Virus record (IMG/VR): IMGVR_UViG_3300026512_000005 | Span: 1 to 64,000 of that record | Strand: one strand, 5' to 3' | From: a virus | Length of the DNA stretch: 64,000 nucleotides | Shown here: positions 29,294 to 39,276 of the stretch, one piece after another | How positions within the stretch are numbered: the stretch's first letter is position 1 | Layout of the letters: every line of letters begins with the position of its first letter | Program-made: the position numbers and the translations under genes | Notes under the pieces: generated by a model | The model's database searches: none | Seen by the model: only the letters and a program-made list of their open reading frames with translations | Told to the model about the DNA's origin: nothing

Positions 29294-30937
29294 TTAACCG
29301 ATAAATGTAAACTCTCTAGCAGCTTTTCTGATGTTACCATCAGATTCTTTTTGTGTAAATCTAACTAACCCATTATTATCTATAATAGTAACCTTACTAG
29401 GTGTTCTAGAAGTACCACCATATGTAATATATGCTTTAGCTACTATGGCAGGTACTTTAAGTCTTACCTCGAAATTTGCAGACTCTGCACCATTGTAAAG
29501 GAACATAGAGTTTGCGGCACTATAAGTTTTAGCGTTATCTCTAAGATTACCTTCCCTCCAAGCACCATTGATTCCACTGTATTTACGTTTACTTATAACG
29601 TTGTATAAGATTTCATTACCTAATTGATCATAGAAACGTAACTCATGTATAGCGTTACCATTACTACCAACAGATTTACCAAGCTTTATTTTAAAACCAG
29701 TTGTCACTTCAGTATGTAAAGCTTCAAAATCGTTTATTTCATCAAGTACAAATTTACCTTTAAGAGCATTGCCCTTAATACATGATTGTTTAGTACACAT
29801 AAAGCCATTACCAAGAATGTTCGGCAACATTAATGAACGAGTTACATTTGTACCATAGTCAATAATTTTAAGTATAGGTATCTTATTAGGGAATACTTTC
29901 TCAGTATACTCATTTATAAGAGCCTGACCAGCATTGGCAATCTTCTCTTCAGTTAGGTTATACTCAGGCTTAATAATAAGCTCGATATATTCAATACAAT
30001 CAGCTGGTAAACGTTCAAGCGGATAGTCTTTAATATCTGAAATAGCTAGTATATTATTTTCAATGTTAACAAGACCTGTACCAGTTCTGCTAACTACGTT
30101 TCTTACTTTACCAATTATAGTACTTTCACCAAGACTTTGTGTCTTAGGATTACCGCTGTTGAAATCATAAACAACAATCTTATCTGACATAATATTAATG
30201 CCTTGTAACATTGACTTACGTTCTTTAGCGGATAGAGCTTTACTATGTAGAGAACATTTTAGAATTTCACCTACAAAGGCAGTTTTACTATAATCCCAAG
30301 AACTAGTATAGCAGTTACCAATCATTAACGGTAAACCAGTTGGTGAATTAAAATCAGTAGTAACTTTTTGCTCGCCAACTACTTCATTGTTAACGTACAA
30401 AGTACACATAGATGTTGTTGGGTCATATACCGCATTACAATGATTTATTTTATCTGGTGTTAAAGTATTCTTAGCTGTTATATATATAGCACTATGGTCT
30501 CCACTACTATCCGTTACTCTAAAGATTAGGTCTTTATTATCCTGTACAAGACTTAAATCATGAGCTTTTTGTTCTGGGTTACCGTGACCAAAAATACCTC
30601 TTTTACCGTCATTACAACTACTTACTATAGTAGCACTTAATGTAAACGGTTGTTCCCTTGTAAAATGTGGTTTCTGATCAGTTATGATATAACTGTTACC
30701 ATCAAAAAGTTTAGCGTTCTTAACTTTATCCTTACCTAAGATGGTTTTGTCTTTCTCATTAACAGCAACGAATATTTTACCCAAGTTTATAGAGATATAA
30801 TAAATTTTCGTAATAACATCTTCCTGACCAAATTTATCAGCAGTAGGTGTTGTATTAGCTAACTCAATAGCCTTCTTGATCGCGTGTGGTTCGTCTATTA
30901 GATATGTATCTATGTGACATTTTATACGTGTTCTCAT
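29294..30937 (-). CDS. LamG / concanavalin A-like lectin domain virion protein
   Basis: FDGNSYI, FTLSATI, HCNAVYD...TLYVNN, PLMIGN, FVGEI...SKALSAKE. Confidence 0.75.
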   Translation of the reverse strand: MRTRIKCHIDTYLIDEPHAIKKAIELANTTPTADKFGQEDVITKIYYISINLGKIFVAVNEKDKTILGKDKVKNAKLFDGNSYIITDQKPHFTREQPFTLSATIVSSCNDGKRGIFGHGNPEQKAHDLSLVQDNKDLIFRVTDSSGDHSAIYITAKNTLTPDKINHCNAVYDPTTSMCTLYVNNEVVGEQKVTTDFNSPTGLPLMIGNCYTSSWDYSKTAFVGEILKCSLHSKALSAKERKSMLQGINIMSDKIVVYDFNSGNPKTQSLGESTIIGKVRNVVSRTGTGLVNIENNILAISDIKDYPLERLPADCIEYIELIIKPEYNLTEEKIANAGQALINEYTEKVFPNKIPILKIIDYGTNVTRSLMLPNILGNGFMCTKQSCIKGNALKGKFVLDEINDFEALHTEVTTGFKIKLGKSVGSNGNAIHELRFYDQLGNEILYNVISKRKYSGINGAWREGNLRDNAKTYSAANSMFLYNGAESANFEVRLKVPAIVAKAYITYGGTSRTPSKVTIIDNNGLVRFTQKESDGNIRKAAREFTFIG

Positions 30938-31092
30938 TCATCTTACCTTATGTTAATTTTATCCAACTTTATGTTAAATATCAAATTATAAAGGATTTTA
31001 CAAAAAAAATAATTAATCGATTAAACTAATTGTTCTTTACCCTTACACTATTAATTTTATACTCTAAAAGTACGTTACTAAATAAACCTAGA

Positions 31093-31123
31093 TATTATAA
31101 CATCCTTTACAGATGTTATAATA
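31093..31123 (-). terminator. hairpin/terminator
   Basis: TATTATAACATC...GATGTTATAATA. Confidence 0.55.
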
Positions 31124-31892
31124 GTATTTGTTCAATATCAGCGTATTCTGCTTTTTCAGATAAATTGTATATCTCTGTACTAAATGTTTTACTGACCATA
31201 TAGTAATTAGAAGTGTCTCTAGATTTAGTAAAATCAACCTTACCCTTAGGTGATTTAAATGGATCAAATGTTATAAAGAAACTACTTGGTCTATCGCCAT
31301 CTTGACCAAATAAAGATGTTATTACACCACCATAAATATACTTAACACCAGCTGGTAAATTATTATAGTTTCTAACATACTGTGCTGATAATTTAATGGC
31401 TGTATCTGATACAAGATGCAATGGTAATGTTTCAGAACTATCTTTACAGAATGATTTCCATAAGGTAATATGCATCATTCGTTCTAAACCGAAGATACGT
31501 TTAATATCATCATACAAAGCTCTAGCATGCGTACAGACAAAGCGAATGTCGTAGTTCTTTTTCTCCAATAGCTCAAGAATTTTTATAACTGATTTCCTAT
31601 CATCATCAGATATTTTGTAAGTAGCTGATGGTAACGCAAACGAGAAATATTTCTTATCTGTTTTAAAGTTATTGACATCTAGTTCTATCTTATCTATCAC
31701 AGGGTCATCCCACAAGTTCAATGATGAATCGCCAATAATATTGCGTTTAACAGCTGGTTTACGCTCAAATTTTTTATACTCACCATTGTTATAGTTGTTC
31801 TTTGGTTTATCATAACTAGGTTTATCTTCTACATTACTTTCATTCTTTGGTAAAACAATGTCACCGAAATCATCCACGAAATCATCATCCAT
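31116..31892 (-). CDS. divergent DprA/SLOG-like protein (phiKZ gp79-like)
   Basis: LFGQDGDRPSSFFITFDP ... TEIYNL pattern; synteny with the gp80-like gene. Confidence 0.45.
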   Translation of the reverse strand: MDDDFVDDFGDIVLPKNESNVEDKPSYDKPKNNYNNGEYKKFERKPAVKRNIIGDSSLNLWDDPVIDKIELDVNNFKTDKKYFSFALPSATYKISDDDRKSVIKILELLEKKNYDIRFVCTHARALYDDIKRIFGLERMMHITLWKSFCKDSSETLPLHLVSDTAIKLSAQYVRNYNNLPAGVKYIYGGVITSLFGQDGDRPSSFFITFDPFKSPKGKVDFTKSRDTSNYYMVSKTFSTEIYNLSEKAEYADIEQILL

Positions 31893-31946
31893 TTTATATC
31901 CTTATTTTATTATAATTATTCATATAAGTATACTACCTATAAAAAA

Positions 31947-33227
31947 TTACGTAAGCTCGTCAAGTGTTAGTTTGGTTATCTTTAACTCAGTACCGTGGAA
32001 CTTTTTTAATTTTAAATCTAGATTGAATCCGCCTAGATCGACCGCTAGTAATGGTATTGTTTTCTCGTAACCTAATAACTTATTACCAGCACAAGTCATG
32101 CATAAACCCGTATCTGACTTACAATATAATGGATCGCGCAGTTCTACTTCTTTATTAAGATAGGTGGTTATACTATCAGTTGTTAACATCGTCATGGTGT
32201 TACCCACCTTAATAAATCTACCAAGTAATTCTTCAGTGTTATCTTTAGTTATAACGGTCTTTAGGTATATCTTGGTTTTACAATCAGTATGGTCTATAAC
32301 TATATCAGCCGTACTTCTTGTTAGATATTTTGTTAATACACCAGCATCTTTTGTTTCATCACCACGACCCATAGAACCACCTATAACATCATTAAACATA
32401 GCTGCTAATGTTTCTGGGTCTTTATTATACCCATCTGATAATGCTATCATGATAGGTGTAGCTTTACCTGTTACATCATTACCAATACCATAAATCCCAT
32501 ACATACGTTTTCTGGCCATATTGGTAACTTTCTTGGTAATCATCTTACCGTATGATTTATCTTGTTTAAGATATGCTATATCATATTGTTTCAGACTATC
32601 CTCCAACTCGGCAATAGCCAATGCTGTTTTTAATGGTTTCTCCTTATACTTTACCTCCAATTCTTTTATCTTCTCAGATTTAAATTTATCAATACCTGGT
32701 GCTTTCCTAATACTATGTTCTGTTACGCCTAAAGTTAAAAAGTTTGTTAATGTATCTATAAACAAACGCATATCTATAAAATTAAGATATTCCTCCGTCG
32801 TAATATATGTTTCTAAATCCTTCTTCTCTAACATATTACTTATAAACATGTTCTCTATATAAGATAAGTCAAACTCCTCATTTATATAAGGTATTTTACC
32901 ATTAAAGCATTCTACACCTATTAAACAATTAAATAATAATCTACCCATGGTAGTTACTTCTTTTTTAGTTATATTAGGTAATATATCGGGAGTTATTTCT
33001 ATCTCATCTGTACTCTCTACCAGACTACTCTTATACTTATCGGTTATTAATAATACATCTTCGCCATCTTTTATAAAGAACTTAGTACCTTCTACTATTA
33101 CGTAGTCATCTTCATAATCCTCTATTATATAGTTGAATAAACCTAAAATCCATTTTAGTTTAAGGTAACTTTTTTCTTTTATATGCTTGTGGATATGATC
33201 TTGTAACTCTATTTTTATTAATCCCAT
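31947..33227 (-). CDS. rpoC: virion RNA polymerase beta' subunit, C-terminal part (phiKZ gp80-like)
   Basis: TTMGRLLFN, bridge helix GRGDETKDAGVLTKYL, DCKT, LRDPLYCK...CMTCAG. Confidence 0.85.
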   Translation of the reverse strand: MGLIKIELQDHIHKHIKEKSYLKLKWILGLFNYIIEDYEDDYVIVEGTKFFIKDGEDVLLITDKYKSSLVESTDEIEITPDILPNITKKEVTTMGRLLFNCLIGVECFNGKIPYINEEFDLSYIENMFISNMLEKKDLETYITTEEYLNFIDMRLFIDTLTNFLTLGVTEHSIRKAPGIDKFKSEKIKELEVKYKEKPLKTALAIAELEDSLKQYDIAYLKQDKSYGKMITKKVTNMARKRMYGIYGIGNDVTGKATPIMIALSDGYNKDPETLAAMFNDVIGGSMGRGDETKDAGVLTKYLTRSTADIVIDHTDCKTKIYLKTVITKDNTEELLGRFIKVGNTMTMLTTDSITTYLNKEVELRDPLYCKSDTGLCMTCAGNKLLGYEKTIPLLAVDLGGFNLDLKLKKFHGTELKITKLTLDELT

Positions 33228-34141
33228 AATAGTCCTTTATTAATATAGTTATAAAATCCGGACGTTTCTAGGATAGCATTAACTTCATTAATATCACTAT
33301 GTGTTAATTCAGTAAATTCCTTTAATGCAAAAACAGTTTCTTCTGTATAGGTATCTCTATCAGATATATAATTAACCACCAACAAAGACATAACTATAGT
33401 TATTAGACGTTTCTTAAACAATTCAGCATCATTGTCTGCGTGAATTAGCCTAAGTTCATTTACACCGCGTTTTATAATACTTTGTGTATTATTCTTTATA
33501 AAAGATATCTGATATTTATCTGTTAAAACCTCACTTATTATACTTGGTAGGTTATTGATGTTATAAATTTCTCTAAGTCGTGTAACCATTTGCATATGTA
33601 TAATACTTCCGTTAGTGTTTATTTCTATGTCAGGAATTATATCCTCTTCCTTGCCAATAATACTATTCATTAATATATTTATATTTTTAAATATCTCACC
33701 ATGCGTATCAGTTATAACGTGGTGTGGTAAAGTTGGTTCGATTTTATCATCTAGTATACATATAATCATTTGTATCTTTGTGATATTATCAAACTCTGTA
33801 GTTATTATATCTTTTATGATAACGGCTGTTGACATATCAACATCTTTCAGTGCATCCAATGCCTGTATAATCCGTATAAGCTTATTTATACTATAGTCAA
33901 ACACATCCTCTATTGTTATTTTAATACCTAGTTCCCAGAACACATCTGGTAACAATAATTTATATCTACCTATAAGACGATTACACAACTCACCCGTTGA
34001 CATATCCTCAGGTTTCATAGTTGAGATAATGTCATCTATACTTTCATCATTGTTTCTTATATAGTATTCTCTAAACCATATCAGGGATTCAGCAGTTGCT
34101 GGAGTTGTTATCCCCTGTATAAAAATGACCTCTTGTTCCAT
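33218..34141 (-). CDS. hypothetical conserved jumbo-phage protein
   Basis: 307-aa ORF, AGGAG SD, overlaps the RNAP gene. Confidence 0.6.
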   Translation of the reverse strand: MEQEVIFIQGITTPATAESLIWFREYYIRNNDESIDDIISTMKPEDMSTGELCNRLIGRYKLLLPDVFWELGIKITIEDVFDYSINKLIRIIQALDALKDVDMSTAVIIKDIITTEFDNITKIQMIICILDDKIEPTLPHHVITDTHGEIFKNINILMNSIIGKEEDIIPDIEINTNGSIIHMQMVTRLREIYNINNLPSIISEVLTDKYQISFIKNNTQSIIKRGVNELRLIHADNDAELFKKRLITIVMSLLVVNYISDRDTYTEETVFALKEFTELTHSDINEVNAILETSGFYNYINKGLLWD

Positions 34142-34240
34142 CGCATACTCCTATTATAAAATCAACTGAACAAATAAGTATATTTATTATTGGTATTTAA
34201 TATACTGATACAAATACTAATCTAATAGGAGATAATAAAA

Positions 34241-34783
34241 ATGGCAACAGCAGAAAACGGTATTGAAGTACCAGCAAACATAAACGATAATAAAACTGGT
34301 ACCACCAATGATGTTAAATGGGAGACACTAGTAGAACTATACAATGGATTATTAACAGGTATAAAAAGTCAGAGACAGGTTTTGCTAACTATTGAAGAAA
34401 CATTCAGTAATGTACTACAGACTAGTCCTGAACTAACTAAGGAGCTAATGGGTGCTGGTCAAGTCACGGTTGAGTTATTCACTGAGTTAACGAATCTTGT
34501 TAAACAACATTCTACTATGGATGATGTTAAGGCTAATAAAATATATCCGTACTCAGGTGTAGTTAATTCCGAAAATAAGAAACACATGGAGGTTTACATA
34601 AATATGATAGTAGCCTATGAGGGACTAAATACCAAGTTAATTGATATTACAGAAATTGTTACAACACATATACTTGCTCGAATGTATGAAGTAGCTAGCT
34701 TAAATAATATTACAGTTACCAATAAAGGTATTGAACTACTTAAAACAACTGGAATTGAAGGAGCTAAAGATGTCACAAAATAA
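34241..34783 (+). CDS. hypothetical helical protein
   Basis: 180 aa, AGGAG SD. Confidence 0.65.
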   Translation: MATAENGIEVPANINDNKTGTTNDVKWETLVELYNGLLTGIKSQRQVLLTIEETFSNVLQTSPELTKELMGAGQVTVELFTELTNLVKQHSTMDDVKANKIYPYSGVVNSENKKHMEVYINMIVAYEGLNTKLIDITEIVTTHILARMYEVASLNNITVTNKGIELLKTTGIEGAKDVTK

Positions 34784-36236
34784 TGATGAAGTATGTGAAC
34801 CTGTTATAGATCAAAAACCAAAAGTAGATAACACACCAGAGGATGAGTCAGACTTTTATCTTGGTGCAGAACCTATAGACAACAATGGAATGTCTAAGTT
34901 AAAAGAACCTAGAGTTATACCGTCTTATACAGCGGATAGTATTGAAAAATATCAAGAGTCTGAGTATGAGATAAATCCTAAGGATAAAGAGTTAGCTGTA
35001 ACTGATTACCTTGTACAACAGTCAAATGACTTTGTTCCTAAGTATAACATGGGATGGGTACGCGATTACAAGACAGTTACTAATAAACCAGTGGTTGACG
35101 GTGTCAATGTCGCGTTACGACAACTTAAACTAGGTACTCGTGCTAAATCTGGTAAATCGGCTCTATTAAAACTAACTGAAAAGATAGGCTTGGGTAGACC
35201 TATTTCTGTACCGTTATATCATAGTGGTTTCACTGTTAACGTAACCCCCTTTAATAGCGAAGATATTATTAAGTTAGAATTTGCATTAGTAGAAGAACTT
35301 AATCGTGTCGGTAAACAAACGAATACCTTAGCGTTTAGTCATTATGAGATTATATTTGCTAAAGTCATTTTTGATTGTTTTAAAGAACGTATTATGGACA
35401 GTACTTTGGATTTGTCTACTGATGAGGATATTGCATCTTACATAAGTCTTAATGACATTTATATAATAGCTTGGGCTTTAGGTTTGTCTATATATCCAAC
35501 AGGTTTTCAGGCTGTTATACCGTGTAGTCAGTCCGTTATCAGGGATGAAAAAGGTAAACCTATGTGTAGTCATAGAACCAAACTGAAACTTAATGTTGAA
35601 GATTTATTACATGTTGATCCAAGTAAATTGAACGCAAAGCAACGCACTCTCATCACTACCAAGAAACCTCGTTCACTCACTACAGAAGAAGTTACACAAT
35701 ACAGAGAAACATTAGCACCTAGTGAAACTTACACTTATGATACAGAGGATGATACTAATCTTTCTATAACATATGCTGTACCTACACTAGATAAGTATTT
35801 TGAATATGGTGAGATTTTTATAGATGAACTACACGAAGAGTGTATCGAGTTGGTTAGAACTAACAAACAGTTGGACGATAAGTCTGCTGAGAATATACTT
35901 ATGGAAGTGGTTAAACTTAAAACATACAACCATATGATAGAAGCGATACCTATCGATGACGTTCTACTTACAACCCATGAAGGGATAAATGAAGCGTTAT
36001 CTATATTTAACTCTGATACTGTACTTATAAATGATATAACGACAGATATACAAGATTATCTACAAAAAACAAGTATTGCTACAGTAGGCGTACCTACATA
36101 TACTTGTCCTACCTGTACAACCGATATGAGTAAGACTGAACTTATACCTCTGGCGGTATACGATTATTTTTTTACCCTACTGCATTCAAAATACAAAAAG
36201 ATATTAGAACGTCTGGAAAAACAAAACAAGAAATAA
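34770..36236 (+). CDS. putative baseplate-hub / tail assembly chaperone (T4 gp26/gp51-like; phiKZ gp77-like)
   Basis: ATG 34770 after AAGGAG; VPLYHSGF, C-terminal CPTC...YDYFF. Confidence 0.55.
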   Translation: MSQNNDEVCEPVIDQKPKVDNTPEDESDFYLGAEPIDNNGMSKLKEPRVIPSYTADSIEKYQESEYEINPKDKELAVTDYLVQQSNDFVPKYNMGWVRDYKTVTNKPVVDGVNVALRQLKLGTRAKSGKSALLKLTEKIGLGRPISVPLYHSGFTVNVTPFNSEDIIKLEFALVEELNRVGKQTNTLAFSHYEIIFAKVIFDCFKERIMDSTLDLSTDEDIASYISLNDIYIIAWALGLSIYPTGFQAVIPCSQSVIRDEKGKPMCSHRTKLKLNVEDLLHVDPSKLNAKQRTLITTKKPRSLTTEEVTQYRETLAPSETYTYDTEDDTNLSITYAVPTLDKYFEYGEIFIDELHEECIELVRTNKQLDDKSAENILMEVVKLKTYNHMIEAIPIDDVLLTTHEGINEALSIFNSDTVLINDITTDIQDYLQKTSIATVGVPTYTCPTCTTDMSKTELIPLAVYDYFFTLLHSKYKKILERLEKQNKK

Positions 36237-36742
36237 AGCACCAAGAATTAGTTCTTGAGAAATATTTAATTCAATTTGGTGTCTATGATATTAAACATAA
36301 TATTATAGACACTATAAAAGATTTACTTGTTCTTGATAAAGATGAATTAGTATTGCGTTATATAAACACCCTTAAAAAGGTAGTACCTAAGAATACTGAT
36401 TTGTCATATTTGAATGCAGAGATTATAAATCTTAAGGTTACAAATATACTATTGAAACAACCTGTTAATAAGAATAATAATTTAGATACTGTTAGTTACA
36501 GTGAATCTAATAATATTTATTTAACAGAGAATTTCTTTACGATATACGAAACCTTTATACGCACTAATATTTACGAATTAACTGGTATAGGATATACTGA
36601 ATTTAAAGAACTTAGTATACTAGAGCGTGAAACTATGCTCAAATATTTAAACTTTAAATTGGATACAATGAATTTAGATGTTGAAGAACTTACTGATACG
36701 ACCACTCCTACCTATACAGATAATGATGAGATATTTAGATAA
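36167..36742 (+). CDS. -1 frameshift extension of the 34770 gene (tail chaperone GT/E'-like segment)
   Basis: -1 frame open from 36140 to 36742; slippery T TTT TTT at 36167-36173; TTG at 36353 has no SD. Confidence 0.6.
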   Translation, partial: FFYPTAFKIQKDIRTSGKTKQEIKHQELVLEKYLIQFGVYDIKHNIIDTIKDLLVLDKDELVLRYINTLKKVVPKNTDLSYLNAEIINLKVTNILLKQPVNKNNNLDTVSYSESNNIYLTENFFTIYETFIRTNIYELTGIGYTEFKELSILERETMLKYLNFKLDTMNLDVEELTDTTTPTYTDNDEIFR

Positions 36743-36749
36743 TAAGGAT

Positions 36750-37487
36750 ATGACCTTGGAAGAAACACATTTAAAACTTAATAAAAGTATTTATATAGAC
36801 TTAGATAGTCTATATGATACTAGGTTAGCTACAGTTAAGGAGATAGATAATGTACTAGCTATATCGGAATTAGATAACGTACATTATCTATCAAGGGTCT
36901 ACGAGGAGTTCGGCTATGTAACTAATAATGTTTTTAGTTTACGTTACCAACTCAGGAATAATAAAACTCTTAAAGATAGTTTTGTAACACGTGCCTTACA
37001 TTTATTAATTCTAGAATGTGAGTCACTTATGGAGAAACATCGTGAACTTGATGTTAACTCTATAATAACTGTTGATATAAATATGTTTCCGTATAACATA
37101 GGACAGGAAACACAAGAGATGATTATAAAGATTATAAAGACATTTAACAGAATGGATAATGTAGAGTATTACTTTATAAACGTTAACCCCAAAAAGTATA
37201 GTCTACAAATGGCTAATGATACTTACAATGTTATGATTATGTATGAAGGGTTGAGATGGTTAGATATATGCTTAACTAAACGACCTTACAACGCTTCCAA
37301 CGTACATTTATACGTACCAGCTTTGTTAATGGATGCAATGGTGTTAACTAATGTTAAAGACATAGAAAACATATTTGAGGCACAGGCAAAGTTATATTCA
37401 CCATATATAAATATGACTATGTTGCCTATAGAATATTTTTCCTATATGGAAAACTTTAAAGAAAAAATAATAGAACAGTATAAGTAG
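36750..37487 (+). CDS. conserved protein with HAD-like N-terminal motif (phiKZ gp122-like)
   Basis: IYIDLDSLYDTRL; convergent with nvRNAP beta N gene; exact start uncertain. Confidence 0.55.
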   Translation: MTLEETHLKLNKSIYIDLDSLYDTRLATVKEIDNVLAISELDNVHYLSRVYEEFGYVTNNVFSLRYQLRNNKTLKDSFVTRALHLLILECESLMEKHRELDVNSIITVDINMFPYNIGQETQEMIIKIIKTFNRMDNVEYYFINVNPKKYSLQMANDTYNVMIMYEGLRWLDICLTKRPYNASNVHLYVPALLMDAMVLTNVKDIENIFEAQAKLYSPYINMTMLPIEYFSYMENFKEKIIEQYK

Positions 37488-37505
37488 TCGTGAGACTACT
37501 TATAC
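37478..37505. terminator. hairpin overlapping two convergent stop codons
   Basis: GTATAAGTAGTC-gtga-GACTACTTATAC. Confidence 0.65.
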
Positions 37506-39224
37506 CAACTCTGCTATTTCTGCTATATTTTCACTCTCTACAATTGTATCATTTTCAAATGTATTTGTTAACATAGGACGGACACAGTCTATCATCTCCT
37601 GTGTTTGCGTATCTATTATAAACTTACCCGTTTTTATATCAACATTGGTATAGGGATTTATTTTAAATCTAGGACTAGGATTCTTTTTAGACATATGTAA
37701 CATAGAACCGAACACTATATCCTCAGCACTAATAAATTTGGTATTAAGTGGGAATGCATTCTTTTTAGATCTCGACACCCCTGAACCACGGTTCTGGTCT
37801 TCTAGAATGCTTGTCATATTGAAATACATATTATCGGATGTATTACTAACGGGTGTTACCCCTAGGTTAATAGCATTTGATTTAATGTTCTTATATATTT
37901 TCTTGGTAGATAGTACCTTGTTAAATATACGTGCTAACTCTTTCTCAGTTAATATCCTGTTACTGGAGGCTCGTTTGAATTCTAGGAATGCTTTATTAAC
38001 ACCTACAATGATTACAAATAATATGTAATAAGGTAAATCTATATATCTGTTATCTAACTTACTACTGTAATTTTCATAGTTCAAAACTAAATCATTAAAT
38101 GAAATAATACAATGATTTAATAACTCGAAGAAATCATCTACATCTATGTTTATCTCTAACAGCTTTTCTTTCACTATTAGGTCTAAGTAACCATTAAGTA
38201 TATTTATGTGTTCTAGCATATCTGTTTGGACTCTGTCTAGTGTAAATCTATTCTTAAAGATGACCTTACCTAATAATGTAACCCAGAAGAGCGACTCATC
38301 ATCTATCTTAGAAAAATCAAAGTCAGTAGTTATTGGTTTATCACCTTTTATAACTGTTGGTACTTGTTCGGCAAAAGCTGGTGTTAAATCAAAACTGTAT
38401 ATGAGACTAGCTACGTATGTTTCTAGTATAGGATTAACATCTTCTTTCTTAATAAATATAGATATATTATGTGGTACATAATTAACTGTATTTAATGTAC
38501 GTGGCCGTATACCTGTTGTAGTGTACTCTTTATAATTCTTTCGTAATGCAGTCGTATCTATATCTTTAGTACGCATTATTTTGGGTACGGTATTAAAAAG
38601 TTTCTTAAATGTATTAAGAAATCCATATTTAACAAAACTATACAAAGCTATTGGAATTATATCATTTACTTTATCAACAAGTTTATACGAACGAGAATGT
38701 ATAATTTGTATAGATACCTTCTCATCGTCTACTAGAATGTTACGATACATTTTCTTTATATTTAACTTATCTCTAAGTACACGTACAAATAACTCACTAG
38801 GTGCTGGACTGATCGGGTACTCAGATAATACTGGATTTAAACAGTAATGACTATCAGATAATTTTAAGTAGCCACCTCTATCTACATATGGTAATGCTAT
38901 AACTCTATTAAAAGCTTTATTATTATATTCAAAACCATACTCTACCTTATAGATATAGTCACGACCTATGTCTATAATGTTCTTACTAGCACTAGCGTTG
39001 ATGTTGTTATAGAAATCTTCTAATGGAGATAGTTTTCTAAAACCTTTATATATCATAGGTACAGAACTATCTATAGTACTCATGGCTGATTTAAAAACAG
39101 CATCTAAATATCTAGGTAGAACCTTGACGTAATGTCTAGCTAGACCGTCGGCTATATCTTTATTAAACTTGGGATTATCATTCTCTAAAATATCCATCAT
39201 AATTGGGTCAAGTGCGTTTACCAT
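37500..39224 (-). CDS. rpoB: non-virion RNA polymerase beta subunit, N-terminal part (phiKZ gp123-like)
   Basis: IALPYVDRGGYLKLSDSHY, FVRVLRDKL, SKKNPSPRFKINPY; position near major capsid gene. Confidence 0.78.
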   Translation of the reverse strand: MVNALDPIMMDILENDNPKFNKDIADGLARHYVKVLPRYLDAVFKSAMSTIDSSVPMIYKGFRKLSPLEDFYNNINASASKNIIDIGRDYIYKVEYGFEYNNKAFNRVIALPYVDRGGYLKLSDSHYCLNPVLSEYPISPAPSELFVRVLRDKLNIKKMYRNILVDDEKVSIQIIHSRSYKLVDKVNDIIPIALYSFVKYGFLNTFKKLFNTVPKIMRTKDIDTTALRKNYKEYTTTGIRPRTLNTVNYVPHNISIFIKKEDVNPILETYVASLIYSFDLTPAFAEQVPTVIKGDKPITTDFDFSKIDDESLFWVTLLGKVIFKNRFTLDRVQTDMLEHINILNGYLDLIVKEKLLEINIDVDDFFELLNHCIISFNDLVLNYENYSSKLDNRYIDLPYYILFVIIVGVNKAFLEFKRASSNRILTEKELARIFNKVLSTKKIYKNIKSNAINLGVTPVSNTSDNMYFNMTSILEDQNRGSGVSRSKKNAFPLNTKFISAEDIVFGSMLHMSKKNPSPRFKINPYTNVDIKTGKFIIDTQTQEMIDCVRPMLTNTFENDTIVESENIAEIAELV

Positions 39225-39244
39225 AGTTATCCTTCTTTAATTTA

Positions 39245-39263
39245 TTTACATCTTAATATTAAA
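39245..39263 (-). promoter_or_regulatory. putative early promoter (variant)
   Basis: TTTAATATTAAGATGTAAA. Confidence 0.5.
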
Positions 39264-39276
39264 TGTTTAAAAAACA

